DNA from: Obrimoposthia wandeli
Lineage: Eukaryota
NCBI GenBank assembly: GCA_977020255.1
Contig: CDROCS010002735.1
Coordinates: 186,001 to 250,000, forward strand
Reading direction: 5' to 3'
DNA: 64,000 bases
The notes under the pieces were generated by a model. That model was not told the origin of the DNA. It saw nothing but the letters and a program-made list of their open reading frames with translations, and did no database searches. The position numbers and the translations under genes were made by a program. Positions 31,682-40,966 of the stretch are shown piece by piece. The first letter of the stretch is position 1. Each line of letters starts with the position of its first letter.

Positions 31682-32140
31682 ATGCGCTCAATTTTTTTAA
31701 GTCTAATTTTTATATTTTTCTCTTTCAATGCTTCTGCCGACGTTGTCAGTAAAAGCTATTGGGGAGATAAAGCCATTGGTACACATGACACAGTGGCCTA
31801 TCACAATAAAGCTGTAAAAGAGACACACCAGGCAGTAAAGGGCAATAAAAGCTATATGGTTAAATATAGCGGCGCTAATTGGTATTTTGCGAGCCAAGCT
31901 TCTGCCGATAAGTTCCAACAAAACCCCGAGAAGTATAAACCTTTGTACAATGGCCATTGCGCTAACGCCTTAAGTTTAGACGAAGGTTTAGTACCAACAA
32001 ATGGTCAAATTTGGGAGTTTTTTGGTGACGAGTTACATTTATTTTATGCTGAAGCAGGTCGCCAGCGTTGGCTAAAAGGTGATTGGAAAAGTTATCGCAA
32101 AGTGGCTGACCAAGCATGGAGTAAACTAAAAAACGGCTAA
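31682..32140 (+). CDS. YHS domain-containing periplasmic protein
   Basis: Signal peptide; AIG.HD.VAY, GA.WYFAS....KF..NPEKY.P.Y.GHCA.ALS, W......LHLFY. Confidence 0.85.
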   Translation: MRSIFLSLIFIFFSFNASADVVSKSYWGDKAIGTHDTVAYHNKAVKETHQAVKGNKSYMVKYSGANWYFASQASADKFQQNPEKYKPLYNGHCANALSLDEGLVPTNGQIWEFFGDELHLFYAEAGRQRWLKGDWKSYRKVADQAWSKLKNG

Positions 32141-32472
32141 CTGTTGCCGCTTAAAAATTAAAACATCAGTTTCTCATATAATTAATGACTATCACTGATG
32201 TTTTAATTTCTTTTAATGTCCAATTACTTTTTATTACATTCTTTATATAAAAACACATTCTAATTCCTTCCCTCTTCTTGCTATCTCTTATTATTAATAA
32301 CATACATTAATTGCATGCCACCTATTAGGTTCTATAAGTGTTCAAGCATATTCGTTTGTTTTTATACACTCATTGTTATGCATTATATAGATGATTTAAA
32401 CGATAGATTTTACATTTATTATAACTGACCTAAAGCCTATCGATAAAATTATATTCATTGGCACTTTCAATA

Positions 32473-32488
32473 TGGCACAGTATTTGCA
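32473..32488 (+). promoter_or_regulatory. Candidate sigma-54 (-24/-12) promoter
   Basis: TGGCAC-AGTAT-TTGCA is an exact match to TGGCAC-N5-TTGCW, inside an ~800-bp intergenic region. Confidence 0.55.
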
Positions 32489-32946
32489 TTTATTATTTTT
32501 ACCTTAAATCTATTACATGCTTTCGCAAAGGAGAACCATCACGATTATTTTTTTATAGCAAACCCTTAAGAACCCAGATAAAATCTTTGTTTTTAATAAC
32601 TTACGAGACAGACACATCAAAAATTTAACCTTGTCGTTATATACTGCTGTTAATGGTCGTAGATTAGCTAATTAAATTCGAAAAGCATTTACTGGCATAA
32701 TGTTTCTTAAGCAACATAATCGATACTATGAATTTATTTATATTTTTGTAAATAGAACGCGGATCTTATTAATCTTTAATTAGAAAATTGTTTTTAATCA
32801 AATTAATAATAAACGCCACATACTTATTATATTTAAAATAGTCTAAAAATATTATCTGTTAATTTTTTTAGTCATAATTTTGTATATTTAAAAATAAACA
32901 GCATAATTTTACTTAAAAATTTTATTTTTATTAATGGAGATAATAC

Positions 32947-34062
32947 ATGATCATTCAATCTAGTGAGGTTAATACCACTGCCACACACGAGAAAAGCGAA
33001 TCGAGAACTTTTTCTTCAACTTCAAGCATTAATTTTGATTCACAATTAGCGCCATCTAATAACGAAGATAATACAACGAACTCTGCATCAGCACGTTTTG
33101 CGCAACTTATTGCACAATTAAGTAATGATAAGCAAACCACAGCGGTTGACGAAAGTGATACCAACTCGTTGCTAGTAATGACTAAAGAAGGTTTTCGTTT
33201 TAGAACTGCGGATGAAAGAAATGCAGCGAATGAACAAGAGCTTCAAACTAGTATAAAAATGTTCCGACAGCTACTCGAAGCTCTATCTTTACAAGAAGGT
33301 AAAGCGCTTGATTATCCGGATATAGACCCTACCAATGCACTTCCCTCTGATGAAGCTTACCCGCAAAACGACAATCCAAGCACGTTTGAGCCAGGCGGTA
33401 TTGGTATCCAGATATCACTAAGCACCACTGAGACTATTGAAGAACATGAAAGCATGTCATTCAATTCTAGTGGTACTATTAAAACGATGGATGGCAAAGA
33501 TATTTCGTTTTCTTTGGATATGTCTATGCAGCGAGACTATAGCTATACCTCCACTACCGAGTTTACCCAAACAGTATTATTTAAAGACCCTTTAATTATT
33601 AATTATCCTGGAGAATCTGCCGAGTTAGCTAATCAGAAATATGCATTTGATATAGATGCTGATGGAAATGAGGAAATGATTAGTTTTTTTAACAAAGGAG
33701 CCATGCTGGCATTAGATAAAAATAACGATGGTATTATAAATGATGGATCAGAATTATTTGGTGCATTATCTGGTAATGGATTTGCCGATTTAAAAGCTTA
33801 CGATGAAGATGGAAATAACTATATTGATGAAGCTGACAGCATATTTAAAGACTTAAAATTATGGACCAAAACACCAGGTGAAGATTACTTAGCAAATTTA
33901 CAATCGATGAATATCGGCGCTATTTATTTAGGGGCAACGGATACCCCTTTTGACCTAAAAGGCGCAGATAACCAATTTAACGGGCAAGTTAAAGCTTCTA
34001 GTTTTTATTTAACCGAAGATGGACAAGCTGGTAATATTCAACAGGTAGATATGGTTGTATAA
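32947..34062 (+). CDS. Conserved hypothetical protein with C-terminal DxDxDG-type calcium-binding-like motifs
   Basis: FDIDADG, LALDKNNDGIINDGSELFG, GFADL..YDEDGN..IDEAD, IGAIYL; low-complexity S/T-rich N-terminus; no classical signal peptide. Confidence 0.75.
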   Translation: MIIQSSEVNTTATHEKSESRTFSSTSSINFDSQLAPSNNEDNTTNSASARFAQLIAQLSNDKQTTAVDESDTNSLLVMTKEGFRFRTADERNAANEQELQTSIKMFRQLLEALSLQEGKALDYPDIDPTNALPSDEAYPQNDNPSTFEPGGIGIQISLSTTETIEEHESMSFNSSGTIKTMDGKDISFSLDMSMQRDYSYTSTTEFTQTVLFKDPLIINYPGESAELANQKYAFDIDADGNEEMISFFNKGAMLALDKNNDGIINDGSELFGALSGNGFADLKAYDEDGNNYIDEADSIFKDLKLWTKTPGEDYLANLQSMNIGAIYLGATDTPFDLKGADNQFNGQVKASSFYLTEDGQAGNIQQVDMVV

Positions 34063-34210
34063 TTCACAGTCTTTAATATTGCGAAGTGACTAATACGTAG
34101 TATTAAAGACGCTTTTTAACCTCTCATTTATTATCATCTCCGTAATAAACACCCTCTTTTATTAAGATTAAGGTATTCTTATCTCTTTGCATTTTCATCA
34201 AGGAAAAATA

Positions 34211-35188
34211 ATGCCTAAAACGCTCGATCAGCCTAATCAATCAGCTGAAACACCCTCTTGTGATGCTACTTTTATGAACGTTCCTTTTCTAAGCGTCCCT
34301 ATTATAAACACGCCTATTACCAAAACAACTGACCAAGCAAAGGCTATCATATTAGGAATACCTTTTGATTGTGGGTCTGATCCCGAACGTATAGGTGCAA
34401 GGTTTGGACCGAACAGTATTCGCCAACAATCACGGCTTATAAGCCCTTTTGATGGCGCGAGTAACATTAACCCTGTTGCTACCTTAAATGTACATGATAT
34501 GGGTGATGTAAAGGTTAATTTAGCCTCTATAGAAGAAACGTATACACTGATTGAACAAGCAATGGATCAAGTTATCCAACGAGGCTGTGTCCCTATTACT
34601 TTAGGTGGCGATGGTTCCGTTGCACTACCACAAATGAGAGCACTTGCTAAAGCCTATCCTGATTTAGTCGTCATACATATTGATGCACATACCGACGCTT
34701 ATCCACTGAGCGAATACAGCAATGCCACCCCTTTCACACACGCTGTGCATGAGCAATTGATAGACCCACAAAATAGCTTTCATATTGGTCGGCGTGGCAG
34801 TCATTTTGTACCAGAGGTCGTGAGCTACTGTAATGAACTTGGATACAACTTAGTTGATATGCAAGAATTGCTTAGCCGTGGCATTGATGAAGTTGTTGCG
34901 CAAATCAAAATACAAATTGGCCCAAGGCCCGTTTACCTCTGTTTTGATATGGATTTTTTTGATCCATGTGTCGCCCCTGGCGTTTGTTCACCAACCTTTG
35001 GTGGTGCCACCAGCAGAGAAGGATTACAGCTACTAAAAGCTTGTGAGGGACTAAATATAGTCGCCGCTGATATCAATACCATCAGCCCGCCACATGATGT
35101 TTCAGGTTTATCTGCGTTATTGGCAGCAACTGTTGGCTATGAAATATTATTGTTACTAGCCAAAAATAATTTGGATGTTGAAAATTAA
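34211..35188 (+). CDS. Ureohydrolase (agmatinase/arginase family) with atypical active-site residues
   Basis: GIPFD, GARFGP.SIR, GGDGS, HIDAHTD, DMDFFDP..APG...P..GG, DINTISP. Start placed at ATG 34211 after AGGA. Confidence 0.88.
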   Translation: MPKTLDQPNQSAETPSCDATFMNVPFLSVPIINTPITKTTDQAKAIILGIPFDCGSDPERIGARFGPNSIRQQSRLISPFDGASNINPVATLNVHDMGDVKVNLASIEETYTLIEQAMDQVIQRGCVPITLGGDGSVALPQMRALAKAYPDLVVIHIDAHTDAYPLSEYSNATPFTHAVHEQLIDPQNSFHIGRRGSHFVPEVVSYCNELGYNLVDMQELLSRGIDEVVAQIKIQIGPRPVYLCFDMDFFDPCVAPGVCSPTFGGATSREGLQLLKACEGLNIVAADINTISPPHDVSGLSALLAATVGYEILLLLAKNNLDVEN

Positions 35189-35267
35189 GCTAAGTTTATT
35201 TCATACATTAGTGATTTCCCTTTCTGTCGTTAAGGGTCAGTTATTATTGAGAGAGTGTGTAGTAGAT

Positions 35268-35418
35268 CACTAGTGTCCGGTTTAATTTTTGTTGTTCTAT
35301 AACTCATTGATATTACGTTAACCATAAGTGCTATTTGGCTGAAATAATCCAATTAACTATGCTAGAAAACCACAAATCAAAGAGTAAAGAGCTTACATTT
35401 TTTAACCAGACAGCAATG
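35268..35418 (+). mobile_element. MITE copy 4 (151 bp)
   Basis: Same TIRs; TSD GTAGTAGAT / ATAGTAGAT (8/9). Confidence 0.88.
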
Positions 35419-35451
35419 ATAGTAGATATATTAAAAGTTTAAGAACACGTG

Positions 35452-35480
35452 ACTTACCCGTAATCTAGTTACGGGTAAGT
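35452..35480. terminator. Probable terminator of prpE (convergent with the ureohydrolase gene)
   Basis: Perfect 12-bp stem acttacccgtaa/ttacgggtaagt with a 5-nt loop, 6 nt from the prpE stop. Confidence 0.65.
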
Positions 35481-35486
35481 AGTTAT

Positions 35487-37376
35487 TTACTGGCTAAGAA
35501 AAGAAGCTAAATGCTGCTCAATCTCTTTTAATATTTCTGGATCATCTATTGTTGAAGGTATTTGGTAGTTTTCATGACCAGCGATTTTGCGTAACACGGC
35601 CCGCAATATTTTACCTGAGCGTGTTTTAGGTAAACGCTGCACCACAAATATATCTTTAAAGCAGGCTAACGCACCAATTTGTGAACGAACCTGTGCGACT
35701 AGCTCTTTTTGTAATTGCTCATCAGAAATATCAACGCCTGCTTTTAGCACCACCAACCCTAATGGAATTTGCCCTTTTAAATTATCACTAGTGCCGATCA
35801 CTGCACATTCAGCGATGGCTGGATGGCTAGAAACAACTTCTTCCATTTCACCGGTTGATAGGCGATGGCCTGATACATTAATTACGTCATCGGTTCTGCC
35901 AGTAATGAACACATAATCATCATCATCTTTATAACCGCCATCACCAGTATGATAGTAACCACTAAACCTCTCTAAATATGCTTCATGATAGCGATTGGGC
36001 TGCCCCCAAATACTAGTTGACACACCCGGTGGCAAAGGTAGTTTTAAGCAAATATTACCTACCTCTCCATTGGTGAGTTCCTCACCATCTTCCGCCAACA
36101 CAGAGATAGCATAGCCGGGAGTGCACTTATTGGTAGAACCTAACCTAGCAGCTGATGGATTACTCCAACCCATCATCGGCGATGTCATCGGCCAACCTGT
36201 TTCTGTTTGCCACCAGTGATCCAAAATTGGTACTTGTAAAAGTCCACTCAACCAATGATAAGTCGATGAATCGAGTTTTTCTCCTGCAACAAACACCCAG
36301 TGCAAATGACTTAAGCTGTATTTTGCAACTAATGTACCTTCAGGGTCTTCCTTGCGCACGGCTCTAAAGGCGGTAGGTGCGCAGATCATCGCATTTACCT
36401 TGTACTCACTCAGTACCCGCCAAAAAGCGCCTGCATCAGGGGTTCTAATCGGTTTTCCTTCATAAAAAACGCTACTAGCACCACAAAAAAGCGGCGCATA
36501 AATAATGAATGAATGCCCAACAACCCAACCAATATCTGATGCGGCCCACCAAACATCTCCAGGTTTTAATCCATAAATATCATTAAATGATAATTTTAGT
36601 GCCACCGCGTGACCACCATTATCGCGAACAATACCTTTAGGTTTACCCGTGGTACCCGAAGTGTACAAAATATAAAGAGGATCGCTACTTTGCACCGGCA
36701 CACATGCAGCAGGTTTTGCATCTTGAATGAATGTTTGCCAATCCACATCCTGTTGATTGGCAAGTGTGGCGGTTAACATTTCTCTTTGTAACACAATTGT
36801 TTTTAAAGGTTTATTACTGGCAAGCTCGATTGCTTGGTCCACTAATGGCTTATAGGCAATAACCTTATCGAATTCAATTCCACAAGAGGCAGTAACGATT
36901 AATTTGGCCTGCGCATCATCAATACGTACCGCCAATTCATTAGCAGCAAAACCGCCAAAAACCACAGAGTGCACAGCGCCAATGCGTGCACATGCTAGCA
37001 TTGCAATCGCCGCTTGCGGCACCATCGGCATATAGATAATAACTCTATCGCCTTTATTAATGCCTATCTCTTGCATAGCTCCTGCAAAAACACTCACTTG
37101 CTCTTGCAGCTGCGCATAGCTAATTTGCTGCTTTACGCCCGCGGCTGGCGAATCATAATAGAAAGCAACTTGCTCTCCACGACCTTGCTCAACATGGTAA
37201 TCAACGGCTAGATAGCAAGAGTTTAAAACCCCATCACTAAACCACTCGTAAGTATTATCTTCTTTTACTGTAAGGCCTTTGGTTGGTGCTTGGAACCAGC
37301 TAATGTGTTGTGCTTTTTCTAACCAATACTCACTTGGATGCTCAAGAGATTGCTCATATTGCGCGCTGTAGTCCAT
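35487..37376 (-). CDS. prpE: Propionyl-CoA synthetase (acyl-CoA synthetase family)
   Basis: CARIGAVHSVVFGGF, YTSGTTGKPKG, WWAASDIGWVVGHS, DHWWQTETG, GRTDDVINVSGHRLSTGE, PKTRSGKILR. Confidence 0.88.
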   Translation of the reverse strand: MDYSAQYEQSLEHPSEYWLEKAQHISWFQAPTKGLTVKEDNTYEWFSDGVLNSCYLAVDYHVEQGRGEQVAFYYDSPAAGVKQQISYAQLQEQVSVFAGAMQEIGINKGDRVIIYMPMVPQAAIAMLACARIGAVHSVVFGGFAANELAVRIDDAQAKLIVTASCGIEFDKVIAYKPLVDQAIELASNKPLKTIVLQREMLTATLANQQDVDWQTFIQDAKPAACVPVQSSDPLYILYTSGTTGKPKGIVRDNGGHAVALKLSFNDIYGLKPGDVWWAASDIGWVVGHSFIIYAPLFCGASSVFYEGKPIRTPDAGAFWRVLSEYKVNAMICAPTAFRAVRKEDPEGTLVAKYSLSHLHWVFVAGEKLDSSTYHWLSGLLQVPILDHWWQTETGWPMTSPMMGWSNPSAARLGSTNKCTPGYAISVLAEDGEELTNGEVGNICLKLPLPPGVSTSIWGQPNRYHEAYLERFSGYYHTGDGGYKDDDDYVFITGRTDDVINVSGHRLSTGEMEEVVSSHPAIAECAVIGTSDNLKGQIPLGLVVLKAGVDISDEQLQKELVAQVRSQIGALACFKDIFVVQRLPKTRSGKILRAVLRKIAGHENYQIPSTIDDPEILKEIEQHLASFLSQ

Positions 37377-37673
37377 GATAGCTCCGTTTTTTGTGATATG
37401 TTATTTTTGTGATATCGTCAAAGCGAATATTGTTAACTAACTACATTGAATAGTATAGGCAGCCTGATTTTTTTGTTAACAAAATTAGCTCATATCGTTA
37501 TATTTATAAGTATAGTTTAATAATAATCAAGATATTGTTGACAATACATAGTTCTTTAGTCGTACAAACATAAAAAATAATAAGAGGCTAACTAAGGGAC
37601 AAGCGAACAAGTAACTGAATAGGCAGGTAATAATAAAAGACAGCGATCAAGCTTTAGTATAGTAAACAGAATT

Positions 37674-37700
37674 AAGCTCACCCAAGGCTTGGATGAGCTT
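37674..37700 (-). terminator. Probable terminator after mmsB
   Basis: Stem aagctca-cccaa / ttgg-a-tgagctt adjacent to the mmsB stop. Confidence 0.5.
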
Positions 37701-37708
37701 TGCTTTAA

Positions 37709-38596
37709 CTAATCTTGATACTGATTAATAATGCTTGAAAAATCAAGTGCACCGTTACCAGCTTCTGCATGGCTCTTAAACAATGCTTGTGCTTGAGTAC
37801 CCATTGGCGTTGGTGAATCACTTTGTGTGCTTAAATCCATGGCTAAACCTAGATCTTTAGCCATCAAATCAACTTGAAAGCCTCCTTGATAATCGTTTGA
37901 TGCCGGTGCCTTAGGCATAACACCCGGATATGGATTATAAACTTCTAGCGCCCAATTACCGCCAGAGCTTAAGCGCATGATTTCAGAGAGCACTTTAGGA
38001 TCTAAACCATTATCAACGCCCATATTTAGTGCTTCACTGGTGCCACTCATCAAGATCGCCAGCAACATATTGTTACACGCTTTTGCTACTTGCCCGCTAC
38101 CTTGCGTGCCTGCGTGGAAAATATTTTTACCCATCACATCTAGGATCGGCTTTGCCTGTGAAAACTGCGTTTCACTAGCGCCCACCATAAATGAAAGCGT
38201 CCCAGCAGTTGCACCGCCCACACCGCCAGAAACAGGTGCGTCGATGAAATTTATAGCGCGCGCTTGCGCAACACTTGCCACACTCTTTGCCGTTTTGGCA
38301 TCAATGGTAGATGAATCTATCACTAACGCACCATCTTCTAGGTGATCAAACAATGGTTGCTCACCGGTCACATACAAGCCTTCTACATGCTTGCCAGCAG
38401 GTAACATGCTGATCACATACTCAGCCCCTGCTACTGCGTTAATAGCACTTGTAGCAACGCTAGCACCTGCACTTTCTAAAGTAGCCATCGCTTGTGCTGA
38501 TAAATCAAACACTGTTACGTTGTGACCGGCGTTAACTAAGTTAATTGCCATTGGGCCACCCATATTACCTAAACCAATAAATCCTATCTTCGCCAT
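37709..38596 (-). CDS. mmsB: 3-hydroxyisobutyrate dehydrogenase
   Basis: FIGLGNMGGPMA.NL, ISMLP, DSSTI, DAPVSGGVGGA..GTL.FMVG, KACNNML, GF..DLM.KDL. Confidence 0.93.
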   Translation of the reverse strand: MAKIGFIGLGNMGGPMAINLVNAGHNVTVFDLSAQAMATLESAGASVATSAINAVAGAEYVISMLPAGKHVEGLYVTGEQPLFDHLEDGALVIDSSTIDAKTAKSVASVAQARAINFIDAPVSGGVGGATAGTLSFMVGASETQFSQAKPILDVMGKNIFHAGTQGSGQVAKACNNMLLAILMSGTSEALNMGVDNGLDPKVLSEIMRLSSGGNWALEVYNPYPGVMPKAPASNDYQGGFQVDLMAKDLGLAMDLSTQSDSPTPMGTQAQALFKSHAEAGNGALDFSSIINQYQD

Positions 38597-38730
38597 GATC
38601 TTTTCCCGTATGTGTTGCTATGTAGGTTAAAAGTGTATTTTAATACTGTGACTAAATATTTCTGTTAAATATCTCCGCTAGCTGCTTTGATAATTTTTGC
38701 GTGTGGACCTTCAAGTAAAGCTTTTACCGA

Positions 38731-39831
38731 TTACATATCTTGCAGTGGGTTAATATCCCAAGGTGCTGTAAACATCTGATCTAAAAAGGCCTGATCAACT
38801 TCTTCTACGCTTTTAAACTGCCAATTTGGTTTACCATCTTTATCAACCAATAACGCTCTAATACCTTCTGCAATTTCGCCTTGTATGCAACACTGTGCGG
38901 AAAGCGCCAATTCACTCATGAATGCTTCTTTAAGTGATAAATGCTTAGTGGCTTGCAACTGTCGATAAATCATCGCGATCGACATCGGGCTGCCATGACG
39001 CACCGCTTTTTGTGCTTTGATTAGCCAGCTATCATCTGTTTCCAAATTTTGCAGCGCATTCACAAAATCAGCAGCACTATCAACATCGGTTAACTGCTGT
39101 ATTAAGTCAAAATGCTCTCTAACTAACGAGACTTGCTTGTGGTTCTCGCTGTCATTTTCTAACGTTCTTAATATGCTGCTTATATTGTTATTAGCTGCAC
39201 TTTCATCTGACCAATCACAGCTTAATAACTGCGCTATTAACGCAGGACGCTGGCTGTTATCAAGTTGACGATCAGCAATGCCAATAAACTTAGCATCTGC
39301 GCCATTGATACGCTGACCGGTAATACCTAAGAACATACCGGTGCGACCAGGGCTACGATTCAAAAACCAGCTAGCACCAACATCAGGATATAGCCCTATA
39401 GTCACTTCAGGCATCGCAACCATAGTCGTTTCAGTCACAATGCGGTGTTTACATCCAGATAACAACCCTAGCCCGCCACCCATCACAATGCCCGCTCCCC
39501 AGCCAATAATAGGCTTAGGGTAGGTATGTATATCATGATCTAAATAATATTCTGCACTGAAATACTGCGTAGCAAATGCCGCCCCACCTTCTTTTTGCAA
39601 AGCATGATACAAGCTCACCACATCACCGCCCGCACAAAAAGCTTTATCGCCAACACTATCTAGGATAAGCGCCACAACCGAATCATCGTGTCGATATTTA
39701 TCTAGGGCCGGTTGAATCAATTTAATCATTTCAAAGGCAAGCGCATTGAGTGCACGCTCTGCATTTAACGTAATCTCGACAATTTTTTTACCATCAACAG
39801 TTTGATGTTCTGTAAATAAAACACAACTCAC
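38731..39831 (-). CDS. 3-hydroxyisobutyryl-CoA hydrolase-like enoyl-CoA hydratase/isomerase
   Basis: LNALA, KAFCAGGDV, EY.LD..IHTYPKP, GIVMGGG.GL, AMPEVTIGLYPDVG, EGIRALLVDKD..P.W. Confidence 0.88.
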   Translation of the reverse strand: MSCVLFTEHQTVDGKKIVEITLNAERALNALAFEMIKLIQPALDKYRHDDSVVALILDSVGDKAFCAGGDVVSLYHALQKEGGAAFATQYFSAEYYLDHDIHTYPKPIIGWGAGIVMGGGLGLLSGCKHRIVTETTMVAMPEVTIGLYPDVGASWFLNRSPGRTGMFLGITGQRINGADAKFIGIADRQLDNSQRPALIAQLLSCDWSDESAANNNISSILRTLENDSENHKQVSLVREHFDLIQQLTDVDSAADFVNALQNLETDDSWLIKAQKAVRHGSPMSIAMIYRQLQATKHLSLKEAFMSELALSAQCCIQGEIAEGIRALLVDKDGKPNWQFKSVEEVDQAFLDQMFTAPWDINPLQDM

Positions 39832-39854
39832 AAAGCTTACCTCTAAAAATAAAT

Positions 39855-39977
39855 CATTAGTATCCGGTTAAATTTTCGTTGTTATTTAACGCATTGATTT
39901 TACGTTAACCACAACTGTTATTTGGCTGAAAAAATCCAACTAACAATGCTAAAAAACCACAAAGCAATGGAGTTATA
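39855..39977 (+). mobile_element. MITE copy 5, truncated (right ~30 bp missing), inside the valine-catabolism cluster
   Basis: Left end CATTAGTATCCGGTT and body match the other copies; sequence runs into the hydratase stop codon; no TSD recoverable. Confidence 0.8.
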
Positions 39978-40763
39978 TTAAGCGTTTTTCCACTGTGGCT
40001 TGCGCTTTTCTAGAAAAGCATTCACCCCTTCTTTTTGATCTTCTGTGTGAAATAAATCAACAAACAGTTCACGCTCAATAATATAACCTTGCTCCCAGCT
40101 GCGAGTGCGATTTGATTGTATTAGTGTTTTACACGCAGTGACCGCTTTCGGGCTTTGCTCAGCGACTTGTTTCGCCAAAGTAATAGCACGCTCAATTGAA
40201 GTGCCATTTGCAACAACTTCTTCAACCAAACCAATACGTAAAGCAGTTGCAGCATCTGCTCTTTCACCACATAAAATCATCTTTTTAGCCCAACCTTCGC
40301 CCACTAGCATGGTTAAGTTTTGAGTGCCGCCTGCGCAAGGCAAAATACCCACTTTAGCTTCAGGTAATGCCATCACCGCTTTTTCTTCAGCAATACGAAT
40401 ATCACACGCAAGTGCTACTTCTAAACCACCGCCCATCGCCCAGCCATTTACCGCCGCGATTGATACGCCTCTAAACTGTGACAGTACATAAAACGCTTCG
40501 CCAAAATACTTAGCCATATCACGTGCATTGGCTAAATCACCATCGGCAAAAAGCTTTAGATCCGCACCGGCTGAAAAGAATTTTTCATTCCCCGATTTAA
40601 TCACCAAACTATAAACCGACAAATCGTTGTTCAAATCATTAACGATATTAATTAGCCCAATCAAACTCTCTTTATTCCAAGTGTTTGCTGGAGCATTATT
40701 CAAGGTAATAACGGCTACATTGTCTTGTTTTTCTACTAATAATGTTTCAGGAAATTGCGTCAT
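39978..40763 (-). CDS. Enoyl-CoA hydratase
   Basis: FSAGADL, A.GGGLE.ALACDIR, LPEA.VG..PCAGGTQ, EGVNAFLEKRKP.W. Confidence 0.92.
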   Translation of the reverse strand: MTQFPETLLVEKQDNVAVITLNNAPANTWNKESLIGLINIVNDLNNDLSVYSLVIKSGNEKFFSAGADLKLFADGDLANARDMAKYFGEAFYVLSQFRGVSIAAVNGWAMGGGLEVALACDIRIAEEKAVMALPEAKVGILPCAGGTQNLTMLVGEGWAKKMILCGERADAATALRIGLVEEVVANGTSIERAITLAKQVAEQSPKAVTACKTLIQSNRTRSWEQGYIIERELFVDLFHTEDQKEGVNAFLEKRKPQWKNA

Positions 40764-40966
40764 ATCTGTGTCTCTTAGCTGTTTAATCGTACTTATTTAA
40801 TAAAGATGAATTAGGCGGAGCCTAAATCATCAGAGGGTTAATTCCCAGCCCCTTGGGTCGAATCTTGCCCCGAGGATGTTTATTAAAGTTCGAATATGAT
40901 TAATCTCATAAAAAGGCTATCGTAATTATTGTTTTAACACAACAATGCAAAAACCACCTGTTAGCA

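Noticed and set aside
31682-32140. Selenocysteine in the YHS-domain protein
   Set aside because: The GHCA cysteine is encoded by TGC; there is no in-frame TGA.
34062-34211. Guanidine riboswitch upstream of the ureohydrolase
   Set aside because: Only a terminator-like hairpin (gtctttaata...tattaaagac) is visible; no ykkC or mini-ykkC motif recognised by eye. An Rfam scan would be decisive.
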